Source of the DNA: Roseibacillus sp.
GTDB lineage: Bacteria > Verrucomicrobiota > Verrucomicrobiia > Verrucomicrobiales > Akkermansiaceae
Assembly: GCA_051251855.1 (NCBI GenBank)
Contig: JBPOGI010000004.1
Location: 128,001 to 192,000 of the forward strand
Length of the DNA: 64,000 bases
Reading direction: 5' to 3'
The notes below the pieces were generated by a model that searched no databases, was not told where the DNA came from, and saw only the letters and a program-made list of their open reading frames with translations. The position numbers and the translations under genes were made by a program. Positions 49,309 through 58,510 of this stretch are shown here, one piece after another (position 1 is the first letter of the stretch; every line of letters begins with the position of its first letter).

Positions 49309-50871
49309 TTACGTATGGTTCAAGCGGTTCTTCAAGACTTCGGCAAATACTTTTTCGAGCTGAGCATAAACTGCCGCATTTTCTTTCCTCGGCTCCACGT
49401 CGCGGCCTTCCGCGGGAGCCGAAAACGCGGCCTCCAACTCATTGATGTCATCGCCAAGAGAAACTGCCGCACGAATCGCCGCTCCTAGAGCCGCAGAACC
49501 CGCCACCGAGAGTCGGCGCACCTTTTTTCCAAAGATATCAGCCACGATTTGCGCAATGCCGTCGTTCTCGGAAGCACCTCCGGTCAGGAGAACTTCTTCG
49601 GTTTCGACGCCCAACCAATCGGAGTGCCTCTTCATATTCAGAAACTGCCCCTCCAAAACACCACGCACCCACTCATCAGGAGTCGGTTCCCCTTCCCAAC
49701 CCTCGGTCGAGAACCCTTCCGAGCTCAGCAGAGGCGTGATCTCATCCCCCACAAAAGGCAAAATGACTCTGCCCCCGTTGCCTACCTCCGTTCGCGCAAG
49801 TCCTTGGGCATCAAAATCACTCCAAGACAAGCCGTGACTCTCCTTCACCGCTTCACGGGACAGAGAACCATTGCGAAAACATATCAAGCTCATGAAGCCA
49901 CCCAGCGGATTACCAAAGACATGGCCGTATCCTCGTGGATCAGTCACCGGCCCAGGCATCGCCGCGAACAGAGTGTCACTCGTGCCCAAGCTAATCACCA
50001 CCTTACCGGGCTGCGCTGCTCCCATTCCCACCAAGCTACAAGGATTATCTCCAGACCAGAGCACCACTTGGCATTCCGGATTGAGACCATACTTTTCAGA
50101 AAAATAAGATGAGACCGTCCCCGCAACCGAAGAAGCAGGGGCTACCGGAGGAAGCTTGGCGAGCAAGTCAGGCGCCGTGGCAGCCACCAACTCGGGGTCC
50201 CAGTCCGCTTTCTCCAAATTCATGAGGTTCATCCCCGCGCCATCGCCAGTATCGATCGCAACGCTCTTGCCCGCTAAGACACTCGCGAGAAAAGAGCTCA
50301 CCAGATGAATAGAGCCCGTTGCGGCATAAGCCTCGGGTTCAATCTGCGCGAACTTACGAATCTGCGGCCCGGTGAAACGCTCAACCGCGATCGACCCACT
50401 ACGCCGACAAACCTCCTGCGCCCCCCCCAGCGCAGCCGTGATCTCCTCACATTGCCGAGTCGTCGAAGTATCCATCCAGATTGGCGAAGTCGAGCGCGAC
50501 AACACCGTTTCCAACTGCTCAGCGAGAGACTTCTCACCTTTCAGACCAACAAGAACATCTTCCCATCCCTCTTGAAGATAAACACTGCCATGCTGCTGAC
50601 CCGAGCCCGAGAGCGCCTCCACCTTATCAAGCGGAGCCCCACTAGCCTTCAATTGGACGAGCACCTCATCAAGAGCATCCAGCCACATTAAGGGATTGGA
50701 ATGGACTTCTCCATCCAGTCCACTGTCGCAAAAACCAGACTTCATCCCATATTGGGGCAAGTCTTGGCCGAAGTTCACTGACTTCTCGGCTACAATTTTG
50801 CCAGATCGACTATCGATGACTAACCCAGTGAGACTTTGGGTTGAAGAATCGAAACCTAAAACTAAAGACAT
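49309..50871 (-). CDS. xylB: Xylulokinase (FGGY family, eukaryote XYLB-like subtype)
   Basis: LGFDSSTQS, SGSGQQHGSVY, WMDTST, ERFTGPQI, LVSSFLAS, DGAGMNL, GDNP, ISLGTSDT; downstream of xylA. Confidence 0.9.
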   Translation of the reverse strand: MSLVLGFDSSTQSLTGLVIDSRSGKIVAEKSVNFGQDLPQYGMKSGFCDSGLDGEVHSNPLMWLDALDEVLVQLKASGAPLDKVEALSGSGQQHGSVYLQEGWEDVLVGLKGEKSLAEQLETVLSRSTSPIWMDTSTTRQCEEITAALGGAQEVCRRSGSIAVERFTGPQIRKFAQIEPEAYAATGSIHLVSSFLASVLAGKSVAIDTGDGAGMNLMNLEKADWDPELVAATAPDLLAKLPPVAPASSVAGTVSSYFSEKYGLNPECQVVLWSGDNPCSLVGMGAAQPGKVVISLGTSDTLFAAMPGPVTDPRGYGHVFGNPLGGFMSLICFRNGSLSREAVKESHGLSWSDFDAQGLARTEVGNGGRVILPFVGDEITPLLSSEGFSTEGWEGEPTPDEWVRGVLEGQFLNMKRHSDWLGVETEEVLLTGGASENDGIAQIVADIFGKKVRRLSVAGSAALGAAIRAAVSLGDDINELEAAFSAPAEGRDVEPRKENAAVYAQLEKVFAEVLKNRLNHT

Positions 50872-50987
50872 GTGGAATACTTTGTGTTTACACTTTTTCG
50901 GGAAGTCATCATTTCTTCGTCTATTTCAGGAATTTTAAGCATTTTTTTCATTTTTCAGTCAAAAAAACCTGCGGTGTGACGTTTAAT

Positions 50988-51003
50988 TGGCACGAGCGAT
51001 GCT
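50988..51003 (+). promoter_or_regulatory. Sigma54 (-24/-12) promoter candidate, antisense to xylA/xylB
   Basis: TGGCACG-AGCG-ATGCT versus consensus TGGCACG-N4-TTGCW (GG-N10-GC spacing exact); A/T tracts upstream. Confidence 0.6.
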
Positions 51004-51013
51004 ATCGTAACGA

Positions 51014-51092
51014 TGCCGTGTTGCTTGAATGGCATGGGGGTCAAAAGTGGTTTCATGGGTTTTTCCACCTCGACCTCCATGCCTCTTTTTTT
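51014..51092 (+). ncRNA. Candidate sigma54-dependent small RNA
   Basis: Lies between the predicted sigma54 start site and a + strand hairpin GGCATGGGGGTC...GACCTCCATGCC followed by TCTTTTTTT; no credible + strand gene nearby. Confidence 0.45.
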
Positions 51093-51094
51093 GC

Positions 51095-52405
51095 CTACAG
51101 GTAATCGTTTAGGAGGTTTTCCAAGCGTTCTTGGCGACCGCTTTCCAACTTCGGAGGCTCTATCCCTTGTGCATAGGCATCCAATGAATCCAGGCTAGCA
51201 GTTCCGGATTCAATCTCTGCACCAACTCCGCTATCAAAACTACGATAGCGTTCTTTAATAAAGTCGGTGAACTTGCCGTCCTCCTGCATCTTCGCCGCCA
51301 CCTTGAGCCCGCGAGCAAAGGCATCCATTCCTCCAATGTGCGCATAGAAAAGATCTTCTGGCTCATGAGATTCACGACGACGCTTGGCATCGAAGTTGAG
51401 GCCACCTTTGGTAAAGCCACCCATCTTCAAAACCTCAACCATGATCTTGGTCGCTAAATAGTAGTCCGTCGGGAACTGATCTGTATCCCAACCCAGAAGC
51501 TCATCACCACGGTTGGCATCAATGGAGCCCAAGGCACCTGCGCCCGCAGCTACCTGCAATTCGTGCTCCATCGTATGACCCGCCAAGGTCGCGTGGTTGG
51601 TCTCGATATTGAGCTGAAAGTGCTCAAGGAGATCATACTCACGAAGGAAGTTCAAACAGGCCGCCGAATCTGAATCATACTGGTGAGTCGACGGTTCACG
51701 TGGCTTAGGCTCGATGAAGAACTGCCCTTCGAACCCAATCTTCTTAGCGTGATCCACTGCCATGTGGAGGAAACGTGCCAAATGATCAACTTCACGCTTC
51801 ATATCGGTATTGATGAGAGAACCGTATCCCTCGCGACCTCCCCAAAAGACGTAACCCGTTCCACCCAAGCGATGAGTGGCCTCCAAAGCATGCTTCACCT
51901 GACTCGCGCCATAGGCAAAGACATCAGCCATCGGTGAAGTGGACGCACCCTGCGCATAACGGGGATGAGCAAAGAGACAGGCAGTTCCCCACAGCAACTT
52001 TTTCCCTGAGGCCTGCTGATGCTTCTCCAAAGAATCAACCACCTTGCCGAAGTAATCATGAGTTTCCGCAAGGCTCGAACCCTCCGGAGCAACGTCCCGG
52101 TCATGGAAACAATAAAGGTCGATATCAATCTTCTCGAGAAACTCGAAAAAGACCGGCACTCGTGCCAAAGCGTTGTCCAAAGAGTCTGAACCGTCATCCC
52201 ATGGCATCAAAGCGGTGCCAGCACCAAAAGGATCGGAGAGCTCATTGCGCATCACGTGCCAGTAGGCCGCCGCGAATTTGAGATGCTCGCGCATCGACTT
52301 CCCAGCGACCACCTCATCGGGATTGTAGTGGCGAAAGGCAAAAGGATTATCAGACCCAGGGCCTTCATAGACCACCTTGGGAACATTAGGAAAAAAATCA
52401 GACAT
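51095..52405 (-). CDS. xylA: Xylose isomerase (class II)
   Basis: [66 protein letters not shown]. Confidence 0.97.
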   Translation of the reverse strand: MSDFFPNVPKVVYEGPGSDNPFAFRHYNPDEVVAGKSMREHLKFAAAYWHVMRNELSDPFGAGTALMPWDDGSDSLDNALARVPVFFEFLEKIDIDLYCFHDRDVAPEGSSLAETHDYFGKVVDSLEKHQQASGKKLLWGTACLFAHPRYAQGASTSPMADVFAYGASQVKHALEATHRLGGTGYVFWGGREGYGSLINTDMKREVDHLARFLHMAVDHAKKIGFEGQFFIEPKPREPSTHQYDSDSAACLNFLREYDLLEHFQLNIETNHATLAGHTMEHELQVAAGAGALGSIDANRGDELLGWDTDQFPTDYYLATKIMVEVLKMGGFTKGGLNFDAKRRRESHEPEDLFYAHIGGMDAFARGLKVAAKMQEDGKFTDFIKERYRSFDSGVGAEIESGTASLDSLDAYAQGIEPPKLESGRQERLENLLNDYL

Positions 52406-52592
52406 GATATTTGTTTGTTTTCGTCAGGCCAAAAATATTCGACGAGTTCGGACGTTAACGAATCGAATTAGATACGACTACGAGAAAACTCGGCTTATAT
52501 TTTGCAAAAAGCCGCAAACGAGCGAAAATACTTTGCGGGTATAACTTATCCCTCACAAATACCACGAATGCGGTATGCATTGAGCCTTTCCC

Positions 52593-53375
52593 ATGAAATC
52601 TCAACCTAAACAGAAACAAACCCAAGACTGGACCGCCTTCTCGGATTTCGTCAACGAGATGCAACCCGGTCAAATCGCTTTGGGACTTTTTGAGGCTCTT
52701 CCGGACGTCATTTTTTGGATCAAAGACCGCTCACACCGCTTGCTTTTCGTCAATCAGGCATACGGCGAACTGTGGGGACACCCGCCCGATAATCTCGTTG
52801 GAAAGACCGACCAGGACATCAATGCCGACGAACTCGCACGCGTTTACACCCAAGATGACGAGACCGTCACCTCCACAGGCAAAGCCATGCACAACAAGAT
52901 GGAACTCGTCACTCGTCGCGCCGGCGGCGTGGAGTGGCGCATGACCTCCAAAATCCCTCTTTACGGCAAAGATGGCAGCCTCATCGGCACTGCCGGAGTC
53001 TCCAGAAGGCTCGACCAGCACGAGGGGCACCCCCTCCCAGCACCTTACCGCGCCATGTCCAAACTCGTTGAATACGTGCACGAAAACGTATCCGAGCCTC
53101 TCGCCGTCGATCAACTGGCCAAACTTGCCGGCATGTCCGTTTCCACCCTTGAGCGACGCTTCCGCTCCCACCTCGGAACTTCCCCCAAACGCTTCATCCT
53201 TCACTCCAAAGTCGCCGCAGCCTGTGAGCGCCTTCTCTCTACCCCCATGACCATCAGCGAAATCTCGGAGTCGCTCGGCTACAACGAGCACGCCTCCTTC
53301 ACGCGCGCTTTCACATCGGTCATGCACATGTCCCCCACGGCCTACCGCAAATATTACAAGGCAACTGGAGCTTAA
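52593..53375 (+). CDS. AraC family transcriptional regulator with an N-terminal PAS domain
   Basis: PAS 'F..LPDV.FWIKD...N...GKTD.D...Y..DD..V' + AraC HTH 'LA..AGMS.S.LERRF', 'GY....SF.R.F.....SP..YR'; divergent from xylA. Confidence 0.92.
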   Translation: MKSQPKQKQTQDWTAFSDFVNEMQPGQIALGLFEALPDVIFWIKDRSHRLLFVNQAYGELWGHPPDNLVGKTDQDINADELARVYTQDDETVTSTGKAMHNKMELVTRRAGGVEWRMTSKIPLYGKDGSLIGTAGVSRRLDQHEGHPLPAPYRAMSKLVEYVHENVSEPLAVDQLAKLAGMSVSTLERRFRSHLGTSPKRFILHSKVAAACERLLSTPMTISEISESLGYNEHASFTRAFTSVMHMSPTAYRKYYKATGA

Positions 53376-53467
53376 AAAAAGACACCCTTACCAGCTCAAC
53401 GTTCTCCGCCCAATTTTCCCCTTTCCCAGCACCCCATCTTCTAGGCTATAGTAAGAAGTGATAGTCT

Positions 53468-55042
53468 ATGAGCTACGCTTCCCTTCTCTTCCTCAGTGTC
53501 CCTCTCATCCTAGGCCTCGCTTTTGGTTGGCAATTGAAAGGGCGAATCCCCTCTCTTTCGTGCGAACAAGCGACTGAAACTCAGGCCACAAATCGCTCCT
53601 CATCCTCTTCGGGCACTCAAACCACCTCGTCCCCAGCCCCTTCCATCAAGAGCAGCGACACCACCGAAGACCTCCTCGCCCTCCCCTCTACCGAACTCTA
53701 CGACCGCCTCGCCCATTGGGTCTTCGACGCCAGCCCGTCCGAGATCGCAGCCTTTTATCAAGGCTACCGCGACCGCGAAAAGCGCCCTCGCAGCGTTACC
53801 GACCTCCTCTTTATCGGGTGGACCAAGGTCGATCCTGAGGCAGCCATCACCGCCACCCGAGAAACTGCCGACTTCCGCCGTGCCTATTGGGCTTGGGCCT
53901 GCCACGACCCAGCGAAGGCCCTCACCACCGCCATCGAGCGCAATGAAGGCATTGGCGACACCGCTTTGGGTATCGGTGAGTTTCACCCCAAATGGTTGGC
54001 AGAGAACATCGAGAGTATTCCACCCAACTCCCGCTACACGGCCATGCAAGGCCTCGCAAAATGGCCCGACACCGGAACCCCTCAACTCTCCGTCCCTCTC
54101 CTGCTAGAAAATTTCAGGAGTATCCCCGAGCCTACCCTGCTGGCTCTCGCTCGCCAGAATCCCGCCAAAGCCCTCCAGCTCCTCAAAGACTACGAACAAA
54201 GCGGCGGCCACCGAGCTCAATCTCGTGACTACCTGCAGCAACTCCTCAAAGCCGTGGCTGTCCACGACCCTCAACTCCTCGCCGAAATCACTCCCTTGCT
54301 CAAATCCCCGAAGGAGAAAAACGCTGCTCAACCCCTTCGTTTCAATAACCTTCTCAATCAGGACCCTGAGGCGGCCCGGGCCATGTTGGATAAAACCCCG
54401 CGCTCTTGGCTCAAGGACGAGCTAGCCATCACCTATGCCAATCACCTTCTCACCACTGATCGCCAAGAAGCTTTTGACTATGCTTTGCAATTTTTCGGAG
54501 GAGAACTTTCAACCTTCACCCGTCGAAAGACATTCGATTACCCCGGCGGAAGAAGTTCATCCAGCTCCCAGCTTGTCCCCGGGGCGAACGAACTCATTTC
54601 CTCACTATTAGAACAGAACCCGGAGAGCCTCCTCAACACCCTTATCCCAAACGAGACTTCGGACCAGGCTCCCGTCACCAACGCTCAAAGAGAAGCATTC
54701 AATACGGCCAGCAAACTTTGGTCTCAACAAGATCTCACCGGATTCGCTGACTGGGTCATCTCCCGCAAAGGTACTCGTGAATATAGTGATGGCGCCGCGA
54801 GGATGACGAAAGCCCTTACCGCACAAAAGGAACTCGGCCTCGCCATGGAGTGGGCTGAAACGATTCCAATTGACGATGGAAGAAGAAACTACCGAGCCGA
54901 ACAACTCTATACCACTTGGGTCAAAAGCGACCCCGAAAACGCCGCTGCCTGGCGGCTTTCGGAAGACTTTAGTCAAGACCCCGACAAGTTTCCACTCCCC
55001 GAGGGGTACCAAGAACGCTCACCCCTCTCAGGCTCACCGTGA
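53468..55042 (+). CDS. Hypothetical membrane-anchored helical-repeat protein (verrucomicrobial)
   Basis: N-terminal TM helix, Ser/Thr linker, recurring 'W...DP.AA' units. Confidence 0.7.
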   Translation: MSYASLLFLSVPLILGLAFGWQLKGRIPSLSCEQATETQATNRSSSSSGTQTTSSPAPSIKSSDTTEDLLALPSTELYDRLAHWVFDASPSEIAAFYQGYRDREKRPRSVTDLLFIGWTKVDPEAAITATRETADFRRAYWAWACHDPAKALTTAIERNEGIGDTALGIGEFHPKWLAENIESIPPNSRYTAMQGLAKWPDTGTPQLSVPLLLENFRSIPEPTLLALARQNPAKALQLLKDYEQSGGHRAQSRDYLQQLLKAVAVHDPQLLAEITPLLKSPKEKNAAQPLRFNNLLNQDPEAARAMLDKTPRSWLKDELAITYANHLLTTDRQEAFDYALQFFGGELSTFTRRKTFDYPGGRSSSSSQLVPGANELISSLLEQNPESLLNTLIPNETSDQAPVTNAQREAFNTASKLWSQQDLTGFADWVISRKGTREYSDGAARMTKALTAQKELGLAMEWAETIPIDDGRRNYRAEQLYTTWVKSDPENAAAWRLSEDFSQDPDKFPLPEGYQERSPLSGSP

Positions 55043-56751
55043 AAACTCTTCTACCGCGCATCGCCAGCACCATTCTCCTCTTCGTTCTTGGCTCTCTCCT
55101 TGGCTGGGCTTTCAGCGCCATCAAGCAAGTTCCCTCCTCGCAGATCAGCGAGGCTTCCACCTCAAGCCCCACCAAGTCGAACAACTCACCCAAATCGACC
55201 ATATTAAAGCAAGCGCCTTCACCCGAATATGCGCTTCTGCAATCGATATTCGATTCTTTCGACGAACCATCGCGTATACATAAGGCCATTGCGCTCGCCC
55301 GCACCCTCCCCCTCTCCGAAGCGGGCAAATGGCTCGAACAAGGACTCTTCTCTCAACGCGAAGGCTATGCCCTCATCGCCTTCACCCAAGCCCTCAAAGA
55401 GCGATGGAAAAAAGAAGACTCCACTGGCTATGCCCTTTGGCAAATCGAAAACGGTCTATCCCCGACTGAGCAACAAATGACAGTGCTCGCCGATTCTGAC
55501 CCCGAGCTTCTGCTGACCCGAATCCGCCTTCTCAAGAAGAGCGACGACAAAGCCAAGGCCCTCTGCTCCCTCGCCGGAAGCCGACCCGACCTCACCCTAG
55601 CCGAACTGGCCAAACTCAACCCCGCCAGCCTCGACAAGAGCGCTTGGTTCAAAGGAATCTTTCGGAACCTCGTTCAAAAAGATCGCCCCGCCCTCGAAGC
55701 AGCCCTCGAGGGCTTGCCGTCCGCATTTCGCGCTCAAGCCCAAGCCGCCATTTACAGGGAAAAATTGCGTGAAAATTTCAAGACGACTATTGTTGAACTT
55801 CAACAGGAGCCAGACGGCCTCGATATTCTGACCGACTCAGGCAACACTCTGTCCGAAAACCGCGCAGGAATCCTTGCCGCTTTTTCCGGCCTCCCCTCTG
55901 CTTGGCAGAAAAAAATCGCAAACAAGCATTTCGCTTTGACCTACGGCATGAGTCATCAGGAAAAACTGAGCACCGACTGGGAGGCCCTCGGTTTTAGCTC
56001 CCAACAAGCGAGCAAGGTCCGCATTGACTCTTTCTTCCAAACCATTCGTGACAAAAAAGAGACCGTTCTGGAAGAATTTCAAGCAATCCAGCTCACTCCC
56101 GAGGACAAGCGCTACCTCATCGACAGGCTCGGTTCAACGAGCGACTCCGAGCTCACTGAAGAGCTCCTTCCCCACCTTGACCCAAAGAGCCAAAACGCCA
56201 TCGCCGAAAAACAAGTAGAAAGAGATTCCCGCTACGTCTTTCAAACCTATTCCAACGCTTCCGAACTTTCCCAAGGTCTCTCGCAAGCGGAGAAAAATCA
56301 AAGCATCCTTCTCCGAAACCGGCTCGCCTCTTGGAGCCAGGCCGAGAGAAAACAGTTCCTCGAAGACTACCAAGCCTTGCAGGGAGAAGAACGCCAAACC
56401 CTCTCAACCGTTATCGCGACCTCTTCGTCGAACTCCTACCTCGCCTTGGAAACCCGCTCTCTCGCAGTGGAAGACATCGTTAAAAATTCGGAACGCTTCG
56501 AGCAACTCGATGATAAGCAAAAAAAAGAGGTTGGTCGCAACATTTTCCAAATCGCCCTCGATAAATTTAACGTAAATCCAACCACCGCTACCGCGTGGGT
56601 CCAAGAGCTCCCCGAAGGAGATAACCGCCAATACGCTATCAACAACTTGGCCGCGTATTGGACCGACTTCGAGCCCGACGCCGCCCGCAACTGGGTCAAT
56701 CAACTCCCCGCCACCGACCGCACCGCCGTTCTCGACCACCTGAAAGACTAA
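55039..56751 (+). CDS. Hypothetical membrane-anchored helical-repeat protein
   Basis: GTG start overlapping the previous stop (GTGA); N-terminal TM helix; C-terminal 'P..A.AWV..LP.G..R', 'W...EP.AA..WV..LP'. Confidence 0.7.
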   Translation: MKTLLPRIASTILLFVLGSLLGWAFSAIKQVPSSQISEASTSSPTKSNNSPKSTILKQAPSPEYALLQSIFDSFDEPSRIHKAIALARTLPLSEAGKWLEQGLFSQREGYALIAFTQALKERWKKEDSTGYALWQIENGLSPTEQQMTVLADSDPELLLTRIRLLKKSDDKAKALCSLAGSRPDLTLAELAKLNPASLDKSAWFKGIFRNLVQKDRPALEAALEGLPSAFRAQAQAAIYREKLRENFKTTIVELQQEPDGLDILTDSGNTLSENRAGILAAFSGLPSAWQKKIANKHFALTYGMSHQEKLSTDWEALGFSSQQASKVRIDSFFQTIRDKKETVLEEFQAIQLTPEDKRYLIDRLGSTSDSELTEELLPHLDPKSQNAIAEKQVERDSRYVFQTYSNASELSQGLSQAEKNQSILLRNRLASWSQAERKQFLEDYQALQGEERQTLSTVIATSSSNSYLALETRSLAVEDIVKNSERFEQLDDKQKKEVGRNIFQIALDKFNVNPTTATAWVQELPEGDNRQYAINNLAAYWTDFEPDAARNWVNQLPATDRTAVLDHLKD

Positions 56752-56771
56752 TCTAAAAAGCAACGGAAATA

Positions 56772-56981
56772 TGGAGTGCTGAGGCTTGCTTCCGCTCTCA
56801 TCGCTAACCTTCTCCAGCCTGCACATGTCGAAAGGGAGCTACTTGCTACTCCAACCATTCGACCTTCCCCATTCCTTGATTCGAAGTCACTCAGTGGTCG
56901 AGCAAGCAAGCTTTGCTCTCTCGGGCACACCAACAAACTTTCCTATCAACCCCAAAGCGGGAGCAAGCTATCCGCACTCCA
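56772..56981. repeat. REPIN-like inverted REP pair between convergent genes
   Basis: TGGAGTGCTGAGGCTTGCTTCCGCT ... AGCGGGAGCAAGCTATCCGCACTCCA. Confidence 0.7.
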
Positions 56982-56986
56982 AAAAA

Positions 56987-57784
56987 TCATCCTAACGCTT
57001 TTTCTCGCTCACCCAAAAGCTTCGCCAGCCTTTGCGTCACCGGACCCACCGTAAATTCCTGTCCCTCAAACTGCGTCACCGCCCCCACTCCTAACAAGCT
57101 GCTCGTCATAAAAACCTCCTCCATCTCCCCGACCCGCGCCAACGGCACTGCCACTTCCTCCACTTCCAAATTCGTCTCCCGCGCCAACTCCATCACCACC
57201 TCCCGTGTGACTCCTGCCAAACACCCACTCGCCAGCGGCGGAGTCAACACCCGCCCTTTCTCCACTGCAAAAACATTACTCCAGGCCCCCTCACACCAGT
57301 CACCCTTCGTGTTCGCAAAGAGCACCTCATGAGCCCCCCGCTTTTTCCCCTCCGCTAACGCAAGCGAATTTTCGCCATAAGAAATCGCCTTTATCCCGGC
57401 CAAAGCACTCTTCTCATTGCGAACAAAAGGACTCGTCACCAACACTAACTTCTCCGGATACCCCTGCCCCTCACTCGCCGTAAACACCAAATGATCAGGC
57501 GTTCGCGTCACTCGAACTCGGATCCTGCGACCTCCGTCCACCAGCTCATTCCGCCTCAGCAGCTCCTCACAAATTTCACGACCTTCCGCCACCTCACAAA
57601 TCTCCAACCCAAATCGCTCGCACCCCAACTCCAACCGCCGCCAATGCCGCTCAATCTCAAAGACCCGCCCTCCCAAAGCCAACATCGTCTCGAAAGCACC
57701 CTCTCCACGCAGCAGAGCACCATCATTCGCTGCCACAGCCGCCTCGCCTTCCGCCTTCCATTCACCATTGAGCCAGATCATCAT
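56987..57784 (-). CDS. Aminotransferase class IV (IlvE/PabC/D-amino acid aminotransferase family)
   Basis: D..LLRGEGAFETM, H..RL, K..SY..N, EG..SNVF, TPPL..GCL.GVTR, E.F.TSSL. Confidence 0.9.
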   Translation of the reverse strand: MMIWLNGEWKAEGEAAVAANDGALLRGEGAFETMLALGGRVFEIERHWRRLELGCERFGLEICEVAEGREICEELLRRNELVDGGRRIRVRVTRTPDHLVFTASEGQGYPEKLVLVTSPFVRNEKSALAGIKAISYGENSLALAEGKKRGAHEVLFANTKGDWCEGAWSNVFAVEKGRVLTPPLASGCLAGVTREVVMELARETNLEVEEVAVPLARVGEMEEVFMTSSLLGVGAVTQFEGQEFTVGPVTQRLAKLLGEREKALG

Positions 57785-57834
57785 CTCGTCGGCGCGACTT
57801 ATAGCCCGTTTATCAGCCGCCTTCTCTCCAAAAA

Positions 57835-58452
57835 ATGAACTTCCTTGCCCATCTGGCCCTCGCCGGTCCCGACGACGCCTCGCGCATCGGCAATATCTTG
57901 GGTGACTTTGAGAAAGGAACGCCCGAGTCCCTGCGGGAAAGACTCCCTGCTCCTATCGTCGACGGCATCATGATGCATCGCCGCATCGACCGCTTCACCG
58001 ACGACCACCCCGTCTTTCGCGACACCAAGAAACTACTTGCTCCCGAACGCCTGCGCTTCGCCGGTATCCTCATCGATATTTTCTACGACCACTTTCTCAA
58101 CAAGCACTGGAACGACTATCACCCCGGCACCGTCGCTGACTTTATCGAAGAGAACTACCGCCTCTTCGATCGCCGCCCCGACTGGCTCGGCACCAAGTTC
58201 GGCCCCCTCGTCCCTCTCCTCAAAGCCGAAAACTGGCTCGCCTCCTACGGAACCTTCGAAGGCCTCGAAAAAACACTCTCTCGAGTCGCCAGCCGCTCGT
58301 CTAGACTTTCCCCCATCTGCAATGGCGTCGACGATCTCAGAACCCACTACAAACTGTTCGAAGACCACTTTGGCGCCTTTTATCCTGCCGTTCGGCAACA
58401 CGCGACCAGCCTCTTAGGCCAGAAAACACTTCTGACGCCCTCTTTTCCTTGA
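57835..58452 (+). CDS. acpH: Acyl carrier protein phosphodiesterase
   Basis: MNFLAHL.LA, GN..GDF.KG, GI.MHR.ID.FTD.HP, D.FYDHFL, NWL.SY. Confidence 0.9.
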   Translation: MNFLAHLALAGPDDASRIGNILGDFEKGTPESLRERLPAPIVDGIMMHRRIDRFTDDHPVFRDTKKLLAPERLRFAGILIDIFYDHFLNKHWNDYHPGTVADFIEENYRLFDRRPDWLGTKFGPLVPLLKAENWLASYGTFEGLEKTLSRVASRSSRLSPICNGVDDLRTHYKLFEDHFGAFYPAVRQHATSLLGQKTLLTPSFP

Positions 58453-58510
58453 AAAATGAGCGTATTCACGCAGTTTACTTAAAGTTCTTCGCTAAGAAGA
58501 ACACACCCCT

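Noticed and set aside
51013..51198. 61-aa + strand ORF beginning at the predicted sigma54 start site
   Set aside because: It runs through the terminator hairpin and into the antisense of xylA and has no recognisable features; a non-coding RNA is the simpler reading.
52487..52539. Overlapping inverted repeats CGGCTT/AAGCCG and CCGCAAA/TTTGCGG between xylA and the AraC gene
   Set aside because: The stems are short with long loops; they may be operator sites but cannot be distinguished from chance here.
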